From: Alphaproteobacteria bacterium
Lineage (GTDB): Bacteria > Pseudomonadota > Alphaproteobacteria > CAAHEQ01 > UBA3637
Assembly (NCBI GenBank): GCA_017539265.1
Contig: JAFYHG010000008.1
Coordinates: 67,354-131,353 of the forward strand
Direction: 5' to 3'
DNA length: 64,000 nt
Shown here: positions 8,901 through 17,900 of the stretch, piece after piece
Numbering within the stretch: position 1 is the first letter of the stretch
Layout of the letters: each line of letters starts with the position of its first letter
The notes under the pieces: generated by a model
Databases searched by the model: none
Seen by the model: only the letters and a program-made list of their open reading frames with translations
What the model was told of the DNA's origin: nothing
Position numbers and translations under genes: made by a program

Positions 8901-11900
8901 TTGGCTGACACCTTCTTATCGGGGGATAAAACCTATTATAAATGTGTTGCCAAAGAAGTTCCCGCCAGATATCAAGCCACTCCCTGCGGTGCGGGATATG
9001 ATGAAATAAGTACGTTCTTATCGGGAACGGCAACGTATTACGAATGTCAAGAAAAAGATTGTTCTCAATATCAGGCCGGCTGTGGAGAAGGCTATGATGC
9101 CGCACAAGCATGCTTAAGCGGCACAACACCCTATTATACATGTACGGAAAAGCAGGTTCCTGATGGATATTCATCCGAATCTTGCGATGACGGATATAAA
9201 CAAACAGGGACGTTCTTATCGGGTACAACAACATATTATCAATGTGCACCCGCCGATGTTCCGAACGGATATGTTGCCACATCTTGTGGTGCCGGTTATG
9301 ATCAGGTTGATACGTTCCTGTCAGGCGAAACAACTTATTATAAGTGCCAAGAAACAGATTGTTCCGCATATCAGACCGCTTGCGGTGCCGGATATGATGC
9401 CACAGAGGCCTGTTTAAGCGGTACGACACCTTATTATACCTGTACGGCAAAACAAGTACCTGCAGAATATCAGGCTGACCCCTGCGGTGCGGGATATAAT
9501 ACGGCTTCCACTTTCTTATCAGGTGAAACAACCTACTATCAATGCGTTGCCAAGCAAGCTCCGGAAGGATATCAAATGCCGGAATGTGCAGCAGGTTATG
9601 ATGAAGTAGCAACATTCTTATCCGGTGATACCGTTTATCATCAATGTGTTGCTAAACAGGTTCCTCCCGAATACAATGCCGAACCGTGCGGCGCGGGGTA
9701 TGATCAGGTTGGTACATTCCTGTCGGGTGAAACAACTTATTATAAGTGCCAGGAAACAGATTGCTCGGCATATCAGACCGCTTGCGGTGACGGATATGAT
9801 GCAACAGAGGCCTGTTTAAGCGGTACAACACATTATTATACCTGTACGGCGAAAGAAGTACCTGCGGGATACGTTGCCGAACCGTGCGGCGCGGGGTACA
9901 ATACTACTTCTACTTTCTTATCAGGTGAAACAACCTACTATAAATGTGTTGCTAACGCTTGTGACGGTTATCCATATGCCAATGCCTGTCCGACAGGATA
10001 TGCGCCGTCATCCAGTTGTCTGTCGGGTGATACAACGATGTATCAATGTAATACTTGCGCGGAAGGGTATATATCAGACGGCAATGGCGGTTGCGTCCTT
10101 AACGTGCCTCAAATCGGGAAAACAGGAGAGACCAACAATGATACCATCGAGGTAGAAAATACGGGTAATGATGATGTATACGGATTGCATTATGATGTTC
10201 CCGATAAACCCCAATATCATGACGTATTAACCGTTGTAAATGCCAGAAACAGTGAAGCGCAAATATCAATCGAAAATGAAGGGGACGGTAATGTTTATGG
10301 TATCCATGCGACGGGATATGCCGATGCGACGAATGCTTTAGGTGAAAACGCAATCGGAACAATTAATATTTCCAATATCGGAGATGGCGCTGTTTACGGT
10401 CTTTACAGTGAACAGAAAAAAGCATTTAATACCGAAGATAACGGTTCGGGCAGTATATCTATCACCAACGAAGGCGATGGTAATATTTACGGCATTTGGG
10501 GAAATGATGAAGCCGTTAACGCCGATGATGAGGGAGAAGGTACCATTGAAATTTCCAATACCGGTGACGGAAATGTATTTGGCGTATATGCGAAGGCCGA
10601 TTACGCCTCTAACAGTGACGGAACAGGTTCAATATCTATCACTAATATTGGTAATGGTTCTGTCTACGGTGTTTGGGGAAAAGCCAATGATCACCCCAAA
10701 GGTCTGATTGACGCCTACAACGCGGATGACATGGGTTCAAATGGTACTATTGAAATTTCTAATACCGGTGACGGCAATGTTTACGGTGTTTGGGGAAATA
10801 ATGGAGCCGCAAATGCCGGTGAAGATGGTACGGATGGAAGCATTGAAATTTCCAATACCGGATCGGGAAATGTCTATGGTGTCTATGCGAATGGTTGGTG
10901 GGCCCTTAATGCTGCCGGTGGTTTAGGGAATATAACCTTGTCAAATACGGGTGATGGTTCAACTTATGGTTTGTATGCAAAAGAATTTGCTCACAACGGT
11001 TGGGATCCCGCTTTTGCCTCAAGATGGCTTACGGAAGATGATGGTGACGGATGGCTATCCGTGGGACATATCAATATCGAGAATAATGGAACCGGAACCG
11101 CCTATGGCGCACATGGGCTTGAGGGCGCCTTTAACTTTGCCAATGAAAAGGGTACTTCTTCAATTGAAATCGCTAATAACGGGAGTGGTTTAGCTGTTGG
11201 TATGTATGCGCCCGAGGTCAACAATATGGGCAATATCCATATTGAAAATTACGGGAATGGAACGGCCATTGGTCTGTATACTACCCAAACGGCAGAAAAT
11301 ACCGGAAATATTTCCATTGATAACTATAAAAACGGAGTTGCCGTCGGTATCATGGCCCAAGGTGAGGGTGATAAAACGGTAACGAACGCCGGAACAATTA
11401 CTATCCGCGGGAAGCAATCTTTGGTGGAAGAGTCTGAATATCTGTCTAGACCGCAGGTGTGGAGTAATGAGGATAAATTTTGGGATGCGCGTGAAACATA
11501 TGAATATTTTCTCGCTAATCTCGTTAATTTTGAACAATCATATGCTGATATAATTGGCAATTCTGTCTGGAGTGAATATTGGAATTCGAGTGGAAATTGG
11601 GTAGTAGATGCTGAAGATATAATTCCGGAAAGGGGAATAGATGAAGATCAAATTTATTTTGAAAAGAATGACCATAGGGTTACAATACGTGATGATGAGC
11701 ATAGACAAAATGAAGTATTCTGGGAACTAGCCAATGATCTTACATTCAATTCACAACAGGAGGGCGATATCCTCGTAAGAGATATCGTTGATTGGGATGA
11801 TGTTCGGTTTGAGGATGGAAAGTTTGCTGAAACTCCCAGATTAAGTGATTCGGTCTATTATTGGACCGATTCAAAGGGACAAAATCATGCCACATCGGCG

Positions 11901-14900
11901 GGTGAACCGAATACGAGTGATTATACCTATGAAGATTCGGAGGGTACTTCACATTATTTAACGATTGATGGAGAGGGTAATTTAATAATTCCGACTAATC
12001 TTCTTAGCGATTCTACTGCGACTACAAATGCATTAAATGTTTTAAATGAATATAATCAGGATAAGGAAAATTACACAGCGGCATTAGGGATTTTAGAAAA
12101 TGACAGGGGAGAACTTGAATACGCGATTTCCGATTTCAATCAATCCATAGATAATTTACGGGAAACACTTAACGCAGTAAAAGAAGCCTACGGGCGATTT
12201 GTGGATAATTATTACGTTGCCTATGATATGGCACATGAGGAATGGGAAAATGATCGGGAAGGTCTTGCCATCGGTATCTATGGGGATAGGAATACCCATA
12301 TCGTGAATACGGGTAAAATTGTTATTGATAACTCGAAATGGACCTTTGGTATCTATACCGAGGGCGGAGATGTCACAAACCGTGGCCAAATCATTATTGA
12401 CGGCGATTATCTTAGTAAAAATGCCATTGTTTTAAATGGTGGAAACCTGTTCCAAAACGGTTTAATTTATACATATTCGGATTGGAATAATATCCAGCAA
12501 AAAGATTCTCTTATTGGTAAAGAAGGTAGCGTTAACAATGATGTCATTACACTGACTAATAATATAGAACGAGATGTCTATGGAATAAAAGGGATTAGTT
12601 ATTCCGTCAAAAATGCATTTCCAATGATAAACGGAGCAGAAGCAACCGGTTATATTAATATATCCAATTATAGTGATGGCAATGTATATGGTGTTAGCGG
12701 AGATAGTCCAAGAAATGCCCATATAGATCAAAATAATACGATTGCTACGGCCCATATACAGCTTGATAATATTGGTAACGGTAATGTCTACGGTTTGTAC
12801 TCAGAAAGTGGATGGGCCGAAAATATACGTGAAGATGGTGTAACCACAAATGTACATAGTGAAATCATCATTAACAATAAAGGCAATGGTGTTGTTTGTG
12901 GTGTAAAAGGTGAGGGAGAAGGACACAACATAAATATTTGGGCTGACTCAATGCTAAATAGTGATGTCAATGCGTTGATTAATATCACAAACCAAGGAAA
13001 TGGTACGGTATATGGGGTGTATAGTTCAAGCAGAGCCTTTAATATCGGTGGGGCACGTGTTCCGATGGAAAATAGTGATATTTCCAGTATTATTCGTATC
13101 CATAATGATGGTGATGCAGATATTTATGGCGTATACGGTCATGAAGTCCATAATAATGAAATATTTACCACTAATCCCAGTCGGACAGGTCTAGCCAAAG
13201 TATCTATATCTAATACCGGTGCCGGAAATGCTTATGGATTGTTTGGATATAATCCGGATAACATGGATCAAGGGAACGCTTTGTCGATTGTTGAAATGGC
13301 TAATATCGGGAATGGCTTAGCCGTCGGTATGTACGCAAAAAGAGAGGCAAAGAATTCCGGTACGATTACCATTCATAACTTGGGTAACGGAACGGCTGTC
13401 GGGATGTTGGTGGATGATAATGGGAAGGGATCAAACTCGGGCACAATTACGATTGATCGAGAAGCCTACACGGATGATATGGGGACACCGGATGACACGT
13501 CGGATGATGTAACATATGAAGCCACTTTAGGTCGTGGTGGGATGGCCATCGGTATCTATGGTGGTGTTGGTAGTACGATCACCAATACAGAAACCGGTAT
13601 TATCAATATCAGTGGCATCAACAAAGCCTATGGTATCTATAGTGAAAGTGGAAATGTCACAAACCTTGGCCAAATCATCATTAACGGCAATTCAAATCAC
13701 GCCAATGCGATTAAGCTGAATAGTGGAAAATTATTCCAAGACGGAAAATTAATTGTTGCAATAAGTTCAGATGATTGTGACGAAGGATATGCCCTTGATG
13801 AAAACGGTAATTGCGTTTTGAAAGATGAAAATGTTTACGGAAAAGTTTCAGAAAGTAATGATTCTACTTTGAATGTGGTTAATTCAAAGTACGCGGATGT
13901 ATACGGCTTATACGGAAACGGGGAAGTCGTCAACGCCAGAGATAATGATGCTTCAATTTCCGTTACGAATACAGGAGATGGTAATGTTTATGGCGTTTAT
14001 TCACCCGATGATAAGGCGAACAATGTAACAAACGACTTAACCGGAACAATCAATATTTCGAATGCCGGTAACGGAAATGTTTATGGTGTGTATTCGGCCG
14101 AAAGCCTTGCGTTCAATGCCGGTTCCGGAGCCGGAAACATCTTTATTTCCAACGTCGGGACCGGCGATGTCTATGGCGTCTACGGAAAAGAAGAAGCCGT
14201 CAATTCGGATGATTTTTATACAACGGGCAATATTCGGATTTCCAATACCGGATCGGGTAATGTATACGGCCTCTTCTCACCGGAAGGATGGAGCGGAAAT
14301 GCTTGGGACGGAACGGGTAATATTTCTCTGTTAAATACGGGGAATGGTACGACCTATGGTATGTATTCCGGCGCATTGGCTCATAACGGTTGGAATTTTG
14401 ATTTCTTATCCCGTTGGGAAAGCGAAATAAATGCCGAAGATGAAGATCAAGACGAAGGCTATGGTCATATCAGCATCGTTAATAACGGTAATGGGAATGC
14501 TTATGGTATGTTTGGTGCCAGGGGTGCCTTTAACCACTATAATGATGAAGATATCTCCACCATTGAAATTGCCAATATTGGAAACGGTTTAGCCGTTGGT
14601 ATGTATTCAAATGAAGTGAATAATTTGGGTGATATCACTATCCATAACCTTGGCAACGGCACCGCCGTCGGTATGATGACGGGTGATTTCGGTATCGCCG
14701 AAAACAGCGGAAGGATTACAATTGATCGTGAAGCCTATACCGATAATAACGGTACGCCCGATGATACATCGGATGATACAACCTATTCGGCAGCTTCTTC
14801 CGGAAGGGGTGGAATGGCCTTTGGTATCTATGGCGGAAAGAACAGTTTAATCTACAATACCGGTACCATTGATATCCGTGATGCCGAAAAAGCCTATGGT

Positions 14901-17900
14901 ATCTACAGTGAAGGCGGACGGGTTATCAATGAAGGTTCCATTATCATTGATGGTGATGAATTTAGCGCCAACGCCATCAAGTTAAATGCCGGTCAATTCT
15001 TCCAAAACGGTATCTTGACGGCAACGACGGATCCGAACACTTGCCCGGTGGGTTATACTCGAGATGAGTTTGGTCGTTGTGCCTATATTATGAAGAATGA
15101 TTTCCTCAATGATGATACATTAAGTGTCGCTAATACAGACGATGTCAATATTTATGGGCTGTATTATACTGTGCCTAATCAACAAAATTCCGATAGCGAT
15201 ACTATGGTTGGTGTTACTAATGCTAAATATAGTGAAGCGGAAATCTCAATCACAAATGAAAGCGAAGGGAATGTTTATGGTGTGTATGCATCCGGTTATA
15301 CGGATACGTCAAACAGTGCCGGTTATCCGGATGGTATCAATGACGGCAAACAAAGATATTTGGGTGTAATTGATATTTCCAACACCGGCAATGGTAATGT
15401 TTATGGTGTTTATAATGCAGAACATAATGCCTTTAACACGGAAAGCGGTTTAGGCAGGATAAATATTACCAACGCAGGCAATGGTGATGTTTACGGTATT
15501 TGGGGCGGTAATGAAGCCGTGAACTCGGACGGTGATGATTCGTTGGCTAACCTTAGGATTTCCAATACCGGAACCGGAAATGTTTATGGCGTGTTTGCTC
15601 AAGAAAGTTGGGCGGGGAATGCTTGGAACGGAATCGGAAACCTCTCTATATCCAATACAGGAAACGGAACAACCTATGGTATCCGTGCGGGTGATGTTGC
15701 TCATAACGGTTGGGATATAGCCTTTGCGTCCAAATGGGTTCCGGAAGAAGAAATTACTGATGATGACTATTGTTTAGGGGTTGGTCATCTCAAAGTCGTG
15801 AACAATGGTAATGGAAATGCTTATGGTGTGTTTGGACCGGAAGGTGCTTTCAACTATACAACCGATGTGGGGACTTCTACCATTGAAATTGCCAATGTCG
15901 GGAGTGGTTTAGCCGTCGGTATGCATTCAAGTGAAGTAAATAATATGGGTGATATCACTATCCATAACCTTGGAAACGGCGTGGCCGTCGGTATGATGAC
16001 GGGTGATTTCGGTATCGTGGAAAACAGCGGTACGATTACGATTGATCGCGTGGCCTATATAGATGATAACGGCACACCCGATAATACGTCGGATGATGTG
16101 AGATATGAAGCCGCTTTAACGCGTGGAGGTACAGCCATCGGTATCTATGGCGGTGCGGGCAGTACGATTACCAATACGTCGACAGGTGTTATTAATATTA
16201 GCGGCGCTGAAAAAGCCTATGGTATCTATAGTGCTGGTGGACAAGTTGTCAACAATGGTCAAATCATTATCGATGGTATCTTAAAAGGTGATGAAGCCAT
16301 CACACTGGCCGGCGGGAAATTATTCCAAAACGGGAAACTGGTTGTTGGCTCTATTCCGGATAATCTCCAATCAAGGGCCCATATCGTCGGCAAGATTGGG
16401 GAAAAGAATAATGCCACCATAACGATAGAAAATTCGGACTATGTTGATGTTTATGGCATTAGTAGTGGTGTGGATGCTGCAAATGCATCGGCGGAAGATG
16501 ATAACGAAAATGTGGCCGGTACAATAAATATTACCAATACAAATAACGGTAATGTTTATGCCGTGTACAGTGACCAAATGGAAGCCTCTAATGCGGAAGA
16601 CGGATTTGGAGAAATATTCGTCAATAACATAGGAAACGGAGATGTCTATGGCGTCTATGGTAATACCGAGGCCGCCAATGCCGATGAATTTGAAACCGTC
16701 GGTAATATCCGAATTTCCAATGCCGGAAGCGGTAATGTCTATGGCGTATTCGCAAAAGGCGGATGGGCCGGTAATGCCTGGGCAGGTGCAGGAAACCTGA
16801 GCATTTCGAACACGGGTGACGGCACAACCTATGGTCTTTATGCCAGCCAATATGCCCATAACGGTTGGAATTACACCTTCGGTCAAAAATGGTCTATATT
16901 TGACCCGGATGATATCGGTAGTTTAGGCGTTGGCCATATCCGTATCGTTAATAATGGTAACGGAAATGCCTATGGTATGCAGGGTGTAGAAGGTGCCTTT
17001 AACTTTGCCCATGAAAAAGGCGCTTCTTCGATTGAAATTGCCAATGTCGGGAGTGGTTTAGCCGTTGGTATGCATTCAAGTGAAGTAAATAACATGGGTG
17101 ATATCACTATCCATAACCTTGGAAATGGTACAGCCGTCGGTATGTTGGTCAATGATAACGGTGTTGCAGAAAACAGCGGCACGATTACGATTGATCGCGT
17201 GGCCTATACCGATGATAACGGTACACCCGATGACACGTCGGATGATACAACCTATGAAGCTGCCTCAGAACATGGTGGTAGGGCAATCGGTATCTATGGT
17301 GGCAAAAACAGCACGATTACCAATACCGGAATCATCAGCATCACCGGTGCAGATGATGCCTATGGTATCTATGCTGAGGAAGGCTCAACCTTCACAAACA
17401 GCGGTCAAATTATTATTGACGGTGATTCCAATCATGCCAATGCAATTAAATTAAACGGCGGAAAGCTCTTCCAAAACGGTAAATTGATTGCTAATGCCGA
17501 TGTTGAAGATATTACTCATCCGGACACAGGTTCAGAAATTATTTTAAAAACACTGACAGAAGAAGATGATGGAAATAATGAGACAATTAAAGCAGTTGTC
17601 AATTCGACAAGTTCAATTATTGGGATAGAGGCTCAAAATTCTGTCAGTAATATAATACTTGACTCCGGTAGTATGACAGCAACTGTCGATATTACACAAA
17701 GAGGCGTTGGCGATGTTTACGGAATGCGTGGCAATGTCAGTTCTTCTCAAGATATAAAAAATGTCGATTTGGCAGGTGATTCTGCAATGGGGGCTATCAA
17801 AATAACGGATACAAGTGCAGGAACCGGTAATATCTATGGAATGTATTCCAATTCCAATAAACAGGTTGAGAATGCACATGTAGATGGTGAAAATGATTCA

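Noticed and set aside
7414-9615. Long antisense ORFs (257 aa at 7414-8187, 336 aa at 8605-9615, and many 60-140-aa ones on both strands between 6000 and 19650) inside the giant gene.
   Set aside because: They lie within and opposite a strongly supported coding frame. Their products are low-complexity mirror images of the repeats (Arg/His/Tyr/Pro-rich). They lack RBS and promoter signals. Repetitive codon usage suppresses stop codons in off-frames.
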